A DNA stretch of 64,000 nucleotides, from NCBI RefSeq assembly GCF_009914755.1, contig NC_060940.1; one strand, 5' to 3'. Shown here piece after piece: positions 41,883 to 59,768 of this stretch. Numbering within the stretch: the stretch's first letter is position 1; the number at the start of each line of letters is the position of its first letter. Made by a program: the position numbers and the translations under genes. This stretch comes from the human T2T-CHM13v2.0 reference genome, Homo sapiens. The notes under the pieces were generated by a model. It was not told the DNA's origin and did no database searches. It saw only the letters and a list, made by a program, of their open reading frames with translations.

Positions 41883-42804
41883 GCCTGCTGCCTGCTGCTC
41901 CCCTACCTGAAATGCAGCTAGTGCGGCTCTGCCCTTCCTGGGGCTGAGGAAGGCTTCTGCAGGATAGCTGGGGGGCTGGGCAGGTGGGTGAGGCAGCCTC
42001 CCTGCTGACACTCAGTCCTTGTAGCTGGAGCAAGATCTCCTGATCCAGGTACGGGCCTGTCTGCTCCAAGAAAGACTCTGCCACCAGATGCAAAGGGGCC
42101 CTTTGTTTTAACTTAGTCCCTGGGGACCGCCTGATTCAGCACCTGTCGGCCCAGGATCCCCCGCTGGTGGGGACAAGTGCCTGAGTGTGGCCGTGCCCGA
42201 GTGTGGGCCGTGCCCGAGTGTGGCCGTGCCCGAGTGTGGCCGTCCCTGAGTGGGGCCGTCCTGACTAGGAAGTGGCTTTTCAGTTGTGATGTGTGGGCCT
42301 GACCTAGGGGGCGCTGTGGAACCCGGGCTGGAACCAGCCCTCTGTGCCAGGCCGCAGACAGGTTCCGCCGGCCCTGAGGGGCAGCTGCCATGGCGTGGGT
42401 CACTGGGAGCTGAGAGGAAGGGCCCCCACCGCACCTCAGGCAAAGCGGCTCTGGGAACACCTTGATTTCGTCCATGTGAGCCGTCCCAGGGAGGGCAGCC
42501 AAGCTGTGAAGCCTGAGAAACTGACCTGTGTGCCACGAGCTTGTGGTCTGCTGCCCGGTGGAGGAAGTGCAGGTGCACCCAGGCTCCTCATTCCGTTTTG
42601 CAGGATTCCTTCGGTGTGTGAGCATTTCCTATTCAGCCTGTCGCCCCCGGGGAGCACGGGCTGGCTCTGTGGTGCCCGTGGCCTTTTGTAGAAGCGTTGG
42701 TTTTACGGCAGGTTCATCTCTGGGGCAGCCTCCCACAGTGGGTGGGGCTTTGCCAGCAGTGCCCACGGGGGTCATGGGGCCAGGCGCGCTCCGGCGCCTG
42801 CAGA

Positions 42805-42935
42805 ACTGATCGGGGATAGTCTCAGGAGGCGCTAGTCACGTGCCCCGGTGATCGGGGATAGTCTCAGAAGGCGCTAGTCTCCTGCCCCGGTGATCGGGGA
42901 TAGTCTCAGGAGGCACTAGTCGCCTGCCTCGGTGA
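42805..42935. repeat. About 42-bp tandem repeat x3
   Basis: Unit gatcggggatagtctcaggaggcgctagtcacgtgccccggt. Confidence 0.9.
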
Positions 42936-43116
42936 TGCACCGTTTCTCACACCGGCTGCTCTGGCCCGAGCTAAAGGGGAAGACGTGTGCGGATAGGAGC
43001 TGCACACAATTTTCCTCCATGTATTGTTTATTTTGCTTTTTCTTTTGGCTAGACATTAGGAATTTCAGTTTTCCCAAGTTGTATTTTTCCTTTTCTATTT
43101 TAAAATTATCATGCAG

Positions 43117-45845
<2,729 letters not shown>

Positions 45846-47304
45846 TCAAGCATCTCTTCCCTTGACCTTCCCCACGTTTCCATTCCTGACACGGTCTGGC
45901 CTCTTACCTGTACCTGGGCAGGTGCCTCATGGGCTGCGGCTAGGGGACCTGTGGAGAAGACGAGACACTGGCAGAGCCTGGTGCCAGAAGGGACCCCGGG
46001 AGCTCCTCCCTTTCCCACAGCATCAGAGTGGGCAGGGGGAGGGCTGTGGTGGTGGAGGGTCTGGGTGCCTTCTCTGGAGGTGGCCCAGGGAGAGAGGGGG
46101 TTGGCATCCCATGGCCTTCTCCAGACCCCCTTCCTGGGCGGCTGGATGTCACAGCCAGTCTCAGGGGCCTCCTGCACTGGTGAGAGGGGCAGGGCAGTAG
46201 AGGGTGTGTCAGACTTGGCCCGGCCATTGTCCAGCCTCCCCATTGTATTACCCTCAGGCTCCCCATCTGCAGCGGTACCACCAAGGCATGGTGCTGGGGG
46301 ACAGTCTGATGTGGCACGGTCCCTGGCAGCACCTGCCCTTCTGAGTAACTCCCCAGAAAGGGTGGTGCCTCCCGGGGAGGAGGGAGAAGAACTAGGCTAT
46401 TGATGAAAGGGACCAGAGAGCGGAGGGAAGTGTCCGAGCAGCCTTCCAGGCCGGCTTTTTACCAAGAATAGCATCAAAAGCCTCCGATGACTCAAGCAAG
46501 ACTAAAACCAGGACGTCCATCAGTTGGGATGGCCTGAGGACACCGGCCCCGGGGACACAGCTCCTGCCGGCCATCACCTCCCACAGGACCAGAGTCTCCT
46601 CCGGGCCTCTCTGCTCCTGCCCTGGCCCTGTGGTCAGTAGCCACCCATCTGGTGCCCATCTCCTGACGCTCACCCTTGTGCGAGCCCCTCCCTCAAGCAC
46701 GGGCTGGACGCAACACTGTGCTCTCCCAGAAGCCTCCTTTGACCTTGGAGCACACTGGCTGAGGGGACAGGTGGGCACCAGGAAGGCGTGTGGCCACAGA
46801 GGCGCCAGCGCCAAGCAGAGGGGTGGCACTGGGGTAGAGAGAGCTGGTCTCAGAAGAGCCTCAGTGGAGCAGGGCGGTGGCGACACAGGCTTAGAAGCCA
46901 GTGACCCCACAGCTGCTGTCTGAGGGGTTGGCCCCCCAGTCGGGTACAGAGCCCCCAGCAGCAGTGGCACCATTAGCCGGGGGCCTTCGCCCAGGGCACA
47001 GCCTGCTTGTCATGAGCAGGTGGCACTCACAGGCCCGTGGGTTTCCGAGGCCCTGCTCAGCTTGGGCTTCAGCTGCTCATCCGAGTGCACGGACCTCGTG
47101 GACAGCAGCCGCCCAGTGTCAGGCCTCCCAGCAGCACCTCAGGATTATAGGAGTTGGTTCTGGGTAGTCGACAGGACACTGGAAGGAAGTGAGGTCCAGA
47201 GGGTTAGCGTGGTGGGGAGGTCGGGCAAGTCTGCAAAAGGGCAGCCTGGGAGGAGGCAAGTGGGCACAGGTGGTCTGCGGGCTGGGGAGGTGGTCCCTGG
47301 GCAC

Positions 47305-47770
47305 AGGAGGAGGTGAGCGGGGATTGGAGGAGGTGAGCGGGCACGGGAGGAGGTGAGCGGGGACGGGAGCAGGTGAGCAGGCACGGGAGGAGGTGAGCGG
47401 GCACGGGAGGAGGTGAGCGGGGCACGGGAAGAGGTGAGCGGGGCACGGGAGCAGGTGAGCGGGCACGGGAGGAGGTGAGCGGGGCACGGGAGGAGGTGAG
47501 CGGGGACGGGAGGAGGTGAGCGGGGACGGGAGGAGGTGAGCGGGGACGGGAGGAGGTGAGCGGGGCACGGGAGGAGGTGAGCGGGGCACGGGAGGAGGTG
47601 AGCGGGGACGGGAGGAGGTGAGCGGGCACGGGAGGAGGTGAGCGGGGCACGGGAGGAGGTGAGCGGGGCACGGGAGCAGGTGAGCGGGCACGGGAGGAGG
47701 TGAGCGGGGCACGGGAGGAGGTGAGCGGGGCACGGGAGGAGGTGAGCGGGGACGGGAGGAGGTGAGTGGG
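47305..47770. repeat. 20/21-bp G-rich minisatellite, about 22 copies
   Basis: Unit GGGAGGAGGTGAGCGGGGCAC. Confidence 0.96.
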
Positions 47771-50700
47771 TACAGGCGGTCCGGGGGCCGGGGAGGTGGT
47801 CCAGGGGCCCAGGGCCACTGCTGGTCAGCAGGCTTGGCAGTCAGAAAGAAGAGAGGACCCAGGAGTGGGGACAGTGGGACCAGGAGCCCAAGTCCTGGGG
47901 ACTCTGGGATGGCTGGTGCCTGAGTCTGAGCACAGAGGGGTCCTGGCTCAGGAGGACCAAAGGGGGTGAGGAAGAGCCAGTCCCGGACGGTGTCCCCAGC
48001 GTGCAGTCCTGGGCAGGGACCCTGACCCCTGGGTCTCACTGCACAGGGGCTGTGAAGTCTGGGCCCCTCCACAGTAAGTGCTCCTGAGGGTCTGCTGGGA
48101 ACATTCTGGGCAAGGGCAGCAAAGCCATCAAGCCACGCCGGGGGCTGGACGGGCGGAGGAAGGCGTGAGGGCTGGGTTCTGAGCGGGGTTCCAGTTCCAC
48201 CCCAGGGCCTGGACGGGCCGAGGAAGGTGTGAGCGCTGGCTTCTGAGCTGGGTTCTGGGTTCCAGCTCCACCCCTGCTGTGTGGTCTCAGCCACCACAAC
48301 GCCCTCTCTGAGCCATGTCTCCCGCCAGCAGTGGTGTCTACTGCTGGGCAGAGATGCTGGGGGCTGGGATGGTCTGCTCCTGGCTGCATGCAGACAAGGG
48401 GCAGGAGGGATGGCGGCCCTGGGCTGCACGCGAGAACGCGCCTGGAGGAGAAGGGAGTCTCGAAGAAGGGGGTCTCATCCACACCCAGAAGACGGTGTTG
48501 GGGGAAGGAAGTGGAGGAAGGGGACCCCCTGGTTGGAACATATGTTGCCCTGGGGTGGCCTGTGTCTGCGCTTGTGTGTCTTGGGTGCCTGGCGTGTCTG
48601 CGTGTGGGCTGTCTCTCCATGAGTACGTGCACGTGTCTGCGGTATTTGGCACACGTGTGTGGCGTGTGCTCGTGCGTGCCTGCATGTGCTGAGTGTGGTG
48701 GAGGAGAAAGTCCCCCTAATCAGTCCCCAGGTCTCTGAGGCTGTAACAAGGTCAGCGAGGAACTGAGACTGGCCAGGTGTGTTGTCTCAGCCAACAGCCG
48801 GCGTGGCCGCCTCTGGGCATGGTTGATTTCTCAAATAAGATCAGCATCAGATCCTGCAGGAAGACAATCTGATCCAGACAGGTTGCAGATGTTCTAAGAT
48901 AAAATAACCTTTCTTTAGGAGGAAAGAAAAGAAGAGGGTAGGTTTGCAACCAGATTAAAAAAAGCAGCACCCATCCGGACACGTGGAGAGCTGTTTCCTG
49001 TTAAACAATCCTGTTAGTAACCCCCACCCTCTGCAATTTCTTGTTTTGAGGCAACTTCTGGGACAATCTCTCCACATGAAGGGCAGGTTCGAGGACCCTG
49101 CATTCAGGGGTGGGGACCGAGCCCCGGACCGGTCCACTGGAGCACACCAGCTGTGTGCTCAGGACGGCCAGGGAGGAGGCCATGGACTCTGGACCTGGCT
49201 CAGGGACAAAGGGCTGTCAGAGTGTGGGGGAGAGCACTGGCTCCAGGGGATGTGCCTCAAGGCAGTAGCAGTGGGGCTGGGGTCTGCCGGGAACCTCTGG
49301 AGGCCCTGGACAGGTTTCCCTGCTCCCGGTTGGCCTCGTGGCCAGTGTTACTGAAATGGGAGATGGGGACTCTGTGACTGATGGAGATGACACCCTCGAG
49401 GCAGATCCAGGACCAGAGAGCAGCCACCAGAGCTGCGTTTCATTCGCTGATCCGCACTTCATTCATCCGCCTGGAGTTTGTTGTCTTAGACTCTGTGTTG
49501 GGACCTGTACTGGTGTTAACTCAGGCCTCGGTGGACTCCTGGTCCAGGGTGGATGAGGTCATGGGCAGCACAGCCCTGGACAGTGGAACTGATGTTGTGG
49601 ACGTGTGGGCCGGGAGCCCAGGGAGGGATGTTGGGTGGCGGTTCAGACTGGGCTGGGCTTTGCAGGGTAGGTAGGGGTCGGGTGGTGGGAGAGGCTGAGG
49701 CAGAGGCACTTGGGCCTGAAAAGTATCTGAGTCCTGGATGCCAGGAAGCCACACAGGGCACTTGGGCACAGATATGTCATTGCTGCTCCTAAAATTGATC
49801 ATGTGTAAGCCTCTGGATAGCCGTGGGGGTCGGCACTAATCAGAGGGTCTCATAGGTAACCCAGTGATGAGGGGATCCAGGCTAACCATTGAATGCAATA
49901 TTGTCAATAAGAAAGAAAAAAGCAGGTTACAGAACAGAAACCATCTGCACCAACACCTATGGTGCTCCAACCGTGCCAGGCAGGGTCCCGGGCCTGGGCC
50001 GCGTGATGAGCCTGGCGTGGGGTCCCGGGCCTGGCCCGCGTGATGAGCCTGGCGTGCAGATACTGAAGAGTCCTCTCAAGTGTGGGAAGGGCTCTGAGAG
50101 TTAGGCACCTTTTTTTTTTTTTTTTTGACAATTAAAAGAAATTTGCACATAAAAAAAAAAACCTGGAGGGTTAGATGTGGGGAGGTGATGGGCTGCTTTG
50201 GGGTCTGGAAATTTGTTTTTACTCCCTATCTGCATTGTCTAATATTTCAACAAGGAACACGGTTATTATTCCTGCGTGTATGTGTGTGGATCTCATTTCC
50301 TGTGTCTGGCCCTGCAGGGGAAGCTGGGAGGGGGAGCCTTGGAAAGATGGCTCCACATGGCCTGCGGGGTCCTTCCATTGTACCTGGGCCTACTGCGGGC
50401 TGATCCCTGAGCAGGGGCAGGCAGCGTCCAGACACCAGTGCCACAGGGGAATCGGCTTTTCCTTCTGTGGTTTCTCTCCATTAGAGCAGGCTGCAGTCAG
50501 GGCTGTCAGTCAGGAGACAGCAAGCCGGCCGAGGGCTGTGGCTGGAGATCCCAAATCGCCCTGGGCTTCAGAGACTCAAATTCCCAAACTCTGTGATCTT
50601 TCTTGGCTCCCTGCGTCCTTTGCTTGGAAGCCATCTGTTATTTTGCCAGGGTGCCGCTATGTGACAGCCAAGGGCTGAACTGGGGTGTTCCAGGTTTAAG

Positions 50701-50899
50701 CCGGGTACCCCTCAGACAGCCTGGTGGACCTCAGGCCTCACGCCACACTGCAGACGAGCAAACCTCAGGGCGGTGGTGAGGAGCTTTCGGGTGAGGTCAA
50801 GGCAGGAAGCGGAGCTTGGTCTGGGGAGGCATGGCCTGCAGGAGCTGCCTGGGCGCCCGCACCCTTTGCCTGAATTTCGCATCCTTTTCCCATGGAAGT

Positions 50900-53350
50900 G
50901 GTTGGGGACCGAGGATGTGGCCTCCCGGCAGCCTGGAAGGCTGGGCTGAGGAGGACACAGGGCCGGGAAGGCCCAGACTGGTCCCTAGAGAGCGGGACTG
51001 GCCTCTGCCCACTGCGGGCTTCAGGGAGGAGGCGCAGAGGCCGGGGAGACAGCAGATGGGGCCCTGCAGGCCTCGCTGCGCCCTGACCTGTTCCTCGCCT
51101 CTTTAGCCAACCTCCCGGGAAGGCAGGAGCCGGTCTCCATGGCCTCTCCCGGCCCTGCCAGCCCCGTGGGGCCTCCCCGCCCTGCAGCCGCGCCCGGCGC
51201 CATCCCGCCGTCCGACCGCGAGGGGACGCCGCTGGCCGCGTTCCTCCTCCCAGGCCGAGGCTGCCTGTGCTGCCTCCCGCCGGCGGGGCCCTGAGCCTCC
51301 TCGCCCTGTCGGCGGCGGTCCCCTCTGACCGCAGGGTCTTCTTCTAGAGTCCTGATCGCCGAGGCTGAGCGGAGCGCCCGGTCTTCCCGCCTCTTCAGTC
51401 TTAATGTCTCCCTCACCCTCGCCCCCCACCCCCGTGGCTTTTGGCGAGGTCCGTGCCCTATTTTTAGGCAGAAATCGGCAAAAAGAGTGGACTGCGAGGT
51501 GGTTTCTGTCCCCGCCGACGCCTCCTCTTCCGCTGCTCCCTCCCCCGGGACCGGTGATGGGGAAGGTGGGGGAGTGAGTTCAGGGCGGAGCGGGCCCACC
51601 CCCCACGGAACCCAGGCCTGCCCCGCCCCGCCCCGGCCTCGGGGGACTGGTGTGGACCGTGCCCCGCGGACCCCTCGGAGTCAGACCGCGATTCAGCCCT
51701 CGGCCCCCCGGGACGGTCCTTCCAGCCCCAGACGAGCGCGGCGCCTGCACACAACAGGCGCCCACTAAATGCTTGTTGATGGAGGTGGCGAGTACCCGAA
51801 ACCAGCGGAGCCTGGAAATGGGATCCTAGAGATCCGGGAAGGGCGCGGGGATCTGGTGCCAAGCTGGGGTCCCCCTTTTGCCTCCCCTAGTGTCTGCCTG
51901 GGTCCGAACCCGGGCTCAGGCCCCGCGCAGCTCGGAGCCTCCAGCCCGGAGCCGGTCCCTGGGCCGGGGATGCGCACAGCCGGGGAGGGCGCGCCCGACC
52001 TGACCCCAAAGCTATCAGTTGGGGGGGGGGGTCCCCGGGGAATTAGAAGCTGTCTCCTCCCGGGCATCTCCGAGGGGCACCCCTGCCTCTGCCCCCTGCC
52101 CTCATTTCCCGCCGCGCCCCTCCCCGGCCCCGCCCCCCGGCCGCGCCCCACCCCCTGCAGTCCCCGCGCGGCGGCCGCCCGAGCCACGTGCGCCCGCGCC
52201 CGGCAGGCGTTCAGGGAAGCGCGGCCACGCCTGGGCCGGCCACCATTTCCCGGGCGCCGCGGCGGCGCCGACTCGCGGGCAGCGGCCCCTCAGTGCGCCC
52301 AGCCGGGCCCCCGAACGCCGGGAGCATGAGCGCGGGCTCGGAGCGCGGGGCGGCGGCAACCCCCGGGGGTTTGCCCGCGCCCTGCGCCTCGAAGGTGGAG
52401 CTGCGGCTCAGCTGCCGGCACCTGCTGGACCGCGACCCGCTCACCAAGTCCGACCCCAGCGTGGCGTTGCTGCAGCAGGCGCAGGGCCAGTGGGTGCAGG
52501 TAGGGCCGGGGCGTGGGAGGCCGAGAGGCCACCGGGCCGGGGCTGGCGCCGAGCTGGGGATGCGGAGACCAGAGCGGGCGCGCTGAGGCCAGTGGGGCGC
52601 AAGGCGGGGCCCCCCGGAGCTGGGGCTCAGCTCGGGGTCAGGGTTGGGGGTTACCAGGTCTGGGGGTGGGGTGTCCAGAGCTGTGGGGAGAGGCTGGGCT
52701 GGAGGAGGTGGCGGCGAGCGGGGTTCGGAGGAGAGAGGGGGGTGCCCCGCAGTGAGGGGTGCGGCCCAGGGTTCGGGGAGGGGGCCCCGGGCCAGAGTGA
52801 AGCGCCCAGGCATGAGGCGCGGGCAGGGGGCTCGACCAAGAGGCGCAAGGAGATTGAGGGGTGAGGGGCGCCGGCCGACGGGGGGCGGGAGGCTGGGCGG
52901 GAGCAGGCCGGCGAGGGAGCGCGCGCTGGGGTGCGGACCTCCAGGCGTCCGGGGCTCCCGCTCCAACGTGGGTCTCAAGCGAACCCGCTGTGATCGCGGT
53001 TGGGGTCCGAAGGGGCACGGGGCCGGCGCCAGAAGGGCGCTTCCTCGGTCACCATCTCGCGTGAAACGCGTGGCTTCACCTCGAAAGGGCGAGAAACGCA
53101 TGGCGCGAAGCCGCAGCGGGCGGAGGAGCCGGAACTCGAACCCCAGTCCGCGCGGGGCGCCAGCGCTTTTCCCCGGCGCAGGGGTCTCTCCAGGCTCCAG
53201 CGCGGGCCCGGGCGGCTGCTCGGGCGGTGGAAGGGACGCGGTCACCCGGTGGCGTCTCCGGTCATCTACCTTGAGGGTGAAGGGCCTGCCCCGCCCTCAC
53301 CGCCTGTCCCCAGGGTTCCGGCTGCCCCCGGAGGCCCCGTGCCCGCCCCT
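50900..53350. promoter_or_regulatory. CPNE7 CpG island and promoter
   Basis: Very high GC and CpG; GC boxes at about 52110-52150; E-box CACGTG about 52185. Confidence 0.85.
52326..52499 (+). CDS. CPNE7: Copine-7 exon 1 coding part (58 aa)
   Basis: MSAGSERGAAATPGGLPAPCASKVELRLSCRHLLDRDPLTKSDP...WVQ; donor CAG|gtaggg. Confidence 0.96.
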
Positions 53351-53888
53351 CACAGCCTGAGCCCACCCTTCACATCCCGAGCCCACCATCCCCACGGAGG
53401 CCTCGTGCCCGCACCCTCAGAGCGTGAGCTGTACGGGTGGCCCATGTTTGCCCTTGGTTTGAGGTGCAGGATTTTTCAGGATTGTGAAATGAGTAGCCTA
53501 CTGGCCCAGCTGGGTCTTGTCCTTACGGGGCAGTTGGACCAGGGAACTGCACGGGATGGGAGAGGCTGGTGAGCCCATGGTACCCCAGCCAGGAGGGAGG
53601 GCCCCCCTGTACCCTACGCCCCCTCCCCACTCAGCTGGTGCTGGGGAGCGGCCTGCACTTTAGGGCTGCCCAGCCCAGGGTGTGAATCTGATCTCGCCCC
53701 CGACTCAGCGTGTCATTCTCGTCCTCTGTGAGCCTCACTTTCCCCATCTGTGATCTGAGGGTGGAGCAGACAGTGGTGGCCAGGGGTGACCCCCAGGGTG
53801 GCCCTCGGGATTGTGGTCCCATGGACAGAGAGCAGGCAGGAGGTCTTCCCAGGGTATGAGTCCTCCTGAGGTACCTGGGCGTGGGTGA

Positions 53889-54302
<414 letters not shown>

Positions 54303-54366
54303 TAAAATATACATGTAATTTTGAACTGGGTAATACATTCGTATGTTTTAAAGCCTGAAGGTATAA

Positions 54367-55730
<1,364 letters not shown>

Positions 55731-55796
55731 TTTACGATAAAATGCATCAATCTTAAGGGTTGAGAATGACAAGTTTAGGTGACTGTACACAGCTGA

Positions 55797-57380
55797 CCAT
55801 CACCCGTCACACAGAACATCCCGTCACACGGAACATCTCACCTGTCACACAGAACATCCCTTTACCCCTCACACGGAACATCCTGTCACCTGCTGACACG
55901 GAACATCCGATCACCCGTCACACGGAACATCCCATCACACAGAACATCCCATCACTTGTCACATCTCACCCATCACACGGAACATCCCGTCAGCCATCAC
56001 ATCTCACCCGTCACACAGAACATCCCTTCACCCATCACATGGAACATCCCATCACCCATCACATCTCACCCGTCACATGGAACATCCCTTCACCCATCAC
56101 ATGGAACATCCCGTCATCTGCTCACATGGAACATCCCATCACCCATCACACGGAACATCCCATCACCCATCACACAGAACATCTCACCCATCACACGGAA
56201 CATCCCGTCACCCGCTGACACGGAACATCTCACCCGTCACACGGAACATCCCATCACCTGCAGACACAGAACATCTCACCCATCACACGGAACATCCCGT
56301 CACCCGCTGACACAGAACATCTCACCCGTCACACGGAACATCCCATCACCCGTCACACGGAACATCCCATCACCCGTCACATGGAACATCCCATCACCCA
56401 TCACACGGAACATCCCATCACCCATCACACGGAACATCTCACCCATCACACGGAACATCTCACCCATCACACGGAACATCCCGTCACCCGCTGACACAGA
56501 ACATCTCACCCGTCACACGGAACATCCCATCACCCGTCACATGGAACATCCCATCACCCATCACACGGAACATCTCACCCATCACACGGAACATCCCGTC
56601 ACCTGCTGACACGGAACATCTCACCCGTCACACGGAACATCCCATCACCCGTCACATGGAACATCCCATCACCCATCACACGGAACATCTCACCTGTCAC
56701 ACGGAACATCCCGTCACCCGCTGACACAGAACATCTCACCCATCACACGGAACATCCCATCACCCGCTGACACAGAACATCTCACCCGTCACACGGAACA
56801 TCCCGTCACCTGTAACACGGAACATCCCGTCACCCATCACACGGAACATCCCATCACCCGTCACACGGAACATGCCATCACCCGTCACACGGAACATCCC
56901 ATCACCCGTCACATGGAACATCTCACCCATCACACGGAACATCCCGTCACCCGCTGACATGGAACATCTCACCCGTCACACGGAACATCCCATCACCTGT
57001 CACACGGAACATCCCGTCACCCGTCACACGGAACATCCCGTAACCCATCACATGGAACATCCCGTCACCTGTCACACGGAACATCCCATCACCCGTCACA
57101 TGGAACATCTCACCAATCACACAGAACATCTCACCCATCACATGGAACATCCCGTCACCCGTCACACGGAACATTCCGTCTCCCGCTGACACGGAATATC
57201 TGATCACCCATCACATGGAACATCCCATCACCCACTCACACGGAACATCCGATCACCCGTCACATGGAACATCCTGTCACCAGTCACACAGAATATCCCG
57301 TCACCCATCACACGGAACATCCCATCACCCGTCACACGGAACATCCCGTCACCCATCACACGGAACATCCCGTCACCCGC
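55797..57380. repeat. About 1.6-kb VNTR of mixed 17-25-bp units
   Basis: Units CACACGGAACATCCC(A/G)TCACCC(A/G)T and CACACGGAACATCTCACCC(A/G)T. Confidence 0.96.
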
Positions 57381-57587
57381 AGCTGCCCCTGCCCCTTTGT
57401 GGCCAGCTCCCCGCCTGGTTCGTCTCTTCTGGAATTCCACGTCCATGAATCACAGCGCGTGTTCTCCCTGCTGTGGAATTCTTTTACCCAACATAATGTC
57501 TGCGTGACTCATCCCCCTGCAGCCTCGGTCGGAGCTGGCCTGCCATCGATCCTGTTGTCCTCCCCATTTTTTAGATAAGGAAACTGA

Positions 57588-57821
<234 letters not shown>

Positions 57822-59374
57822 TGAAGAGACAGGGGTCTCACCATGTTGCCCCAACTGGTCTTGAACTCCCGGGCTCACCGATCCACCCACCCTGGGCTCC
57901 CAAAATGTTGGGATTATAGGCATGAGCCACTGTGTCTGGCCTGGACACCTTTCTATGTACACACAGGTGCACATGTATGTCATAATCCGTGCAGGACATC
58001 CTATGCCTGTTCACATAAGCACACACACAGGGTCCGTGTGGACACCTGCGTGCAGATATGAATGTGTGTGTGAGCACGTGTGCTGTGGATATGTGCAAAC
58101 TTCCAGCAATGAGGAGGCCCCTCGTGGGTTCCTGCTCTGTGGCCACCCAGCTGACCTGCAGGGCACCATGGTCAAGGGAGAAGCTACTGGCATCCAGTCC
58201 CTGTGCTGTGGCTTTGAGCCTGACCTGACCTCTGACCCCTGACTTCTGCCTCAACTGTTTCCTCATGTGATTCAAGTAAACAGTAACTCAGCCCAGAGCC
58301 AGGGATCCAGGAAGTGCTTATTAAACGCTGTTGGCACAAATCAGCGATCTCGTATTTCCTGGTAGGGGAATCTGTTGTGTTAGCCTGAGCCCGTTTCTCT
58401 CCTAAGGACCTGCTCTCCTGCCAGAAAGGGGAGGCCACTCCTTTCCTGCGCCCTCCCTGGAAGCAAACCAGGCCGGCAGGCGAGTCCCAGGTGTGAGGCA
58501 GAGGCCCTGGCTCAGGAGCCCCAGAAGGAAACCTTTGAATCAGGGAATCTTGGGGGGCCTGGCCTGAGGCTCCCCCTCCCAGCACCCAGGACCCCTTTGC
58601 ACCCCTAAGAGAGCCTTCCCACCCCTTAACCTGACTTGACTTCCCCAGCCCTGACCTGGGATCTGCTTTCTCTTCTGTGTGGAAAGTGCCGCATGCTCAG
58701 AAGCTGCTGGCCAGGCCGGCCCTGGTTGGGGGTGGAGGGACTGCCCCTCTCTGCTTTGTATTCAACCTACCTCATTGTGACCTCCCAGCATCCGCCAGGC
58801 AGTAGCAGGTGTGAGGGCAGGTGGGAAGCACACGCCTGCTACCTGGTGGGCCATTCGATGGTTGCTGAGATCACTTACGTGTGAGGAGATGACGGCCACC
58901 CCGCTTGGCCGGGGTCATCACCATCTCCTTTCGGACACGGAGCCTGGGAGGGCCGTGTGCCCCCGTCCTGCTCCTCACTGAGGAGATGACCTGGCTGCAG
59001 GGGCCTGGGCCTGTCATCCGCCACCCACCCCAGGTGGGCTCATAGCCGATGGGGCGGAAGTCCAGCAGGGCCTGGTGAGGAGGAGGAGGCCCCGGCTGCA
59101 TGAGGAGGTCCCCAGGGTCTAAGCCCCAGTCCACTTCGAACAATCAACTCTGCTCCTTGGCACCTTCGAAGAGGAGTGGGCGGTGGGGTCCTGGGCCGGC
59201 ACCTCGCTCACACCCTTTCTGCCACCCGTGGCTACGTGGACATGCTGGGCGTGAGGGTCCGGGACCGTTTGAGCTGCCTCGCCTCTGCTTCTGCGGGTTC
59301 TCACCTGGGCCTGGAGAGGGTCAGGGCAGCCCTGCTTACCTGTGGAGGGGCGTCCGCCACACCTGTGCAGGTGC

Positions 59375-59545
59375 AGGCCAGCTGGGCTGTGAGCTGCTTC
59401 CTGGCTTCCACCTGAGCCTGTTTCCTCACCTGGTAAATAGGTATGATGACCTCTGCCTCCCCTGGGCGACTGCTGGCGCCGTGAGGTGGTGGACGTGCAG
59501 GGGTGGCCACACGCAGGGATGGCAGGTGCTTGAGAGCAGCCACAA
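59375..59545 (+). mobile_element. MIR remnant overlapping CPNE7 cassette exon B
   Basis: ctgagcctgtttcctcacctggtaaataggtatgatgacctctgcctc resembles the MIR core CTGAGCCTCAGTTTCCTCATCTGTAAAATGGGGATAATAA. Confidence 0.7.
59441..59525 (+). CDS. CPNE7: Copine-7 long-isoform cassette exon B (85 nt)
   Basis: aaatag|GTATGAT...TGGCAG|gtgctt; YDDLCLPWATAGAVRWWTCRGGHTQGWQ; 140+85=225 nt = 75 aa. Confidence 0.8.
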
Positions 59546-59693
59546 AGGGGGCGCGGGCCCTGGGCAGTGAAGCTCATGGTGGGGGATGGGGAGACAGGAC
59601 AGGCCTGAGAGTCCGGGTGAGGGCGCGGTGGGGTCTCCAGGGTCAGGAGCCGTCCCCGCCTGCCCCTCCCTGCCTGACGCCTCTGACTTACAG

Positions 59694-59768
59694 ATTGTGG
59701 CCCAGAAGAAGGTGACCCGCCCGCTGCTGCTCAAGTTTGGCAGGAACGCTGGCAAGTCCACCATCACG
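59694..59768 (+). CDS. CPNE7: Copine-7 exon (75 nt)
   Basis: tacag|ATTGTG...ATCACG|gtgaga; IVAQKKVTRPLLLKFGRNAGKSTIT. Confidence 0.96.

Noticed and set aside
47305-47770. PRDM9 hotspot motif in the minisatellite (CCTCCCGTGCCCC)
   Set aside because: It mismatches the conserved T of CCNCCNTNNCCNC, and near matches are expected in C-rich repeats.
47119-48429. 436-aa Pro-rich ORF on the - strand
   Set aside because: It arises from the stop-free minisatellite and GC-rich flanks; there is no recognisable domain or gene structure.
48700-49560. Possible LTR and L2 remnants upstream of CPNE7
   Set aside because: Similarity is too weak to assign family or boundaries by eye.
51769-53572. Long overlapping ORFs (186-344 aa) on both strands
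   Set aside because: Stop-codon scarcity is expected in a CpG island; only 52326-52499 matches copine.
55760-57578. His/Thr/Pro-rich repetitive ORFs and CRISPR-like periodicity
   Set aside because: This is a tandem VNTR without unique spacers, in human DNA with no cas genes.
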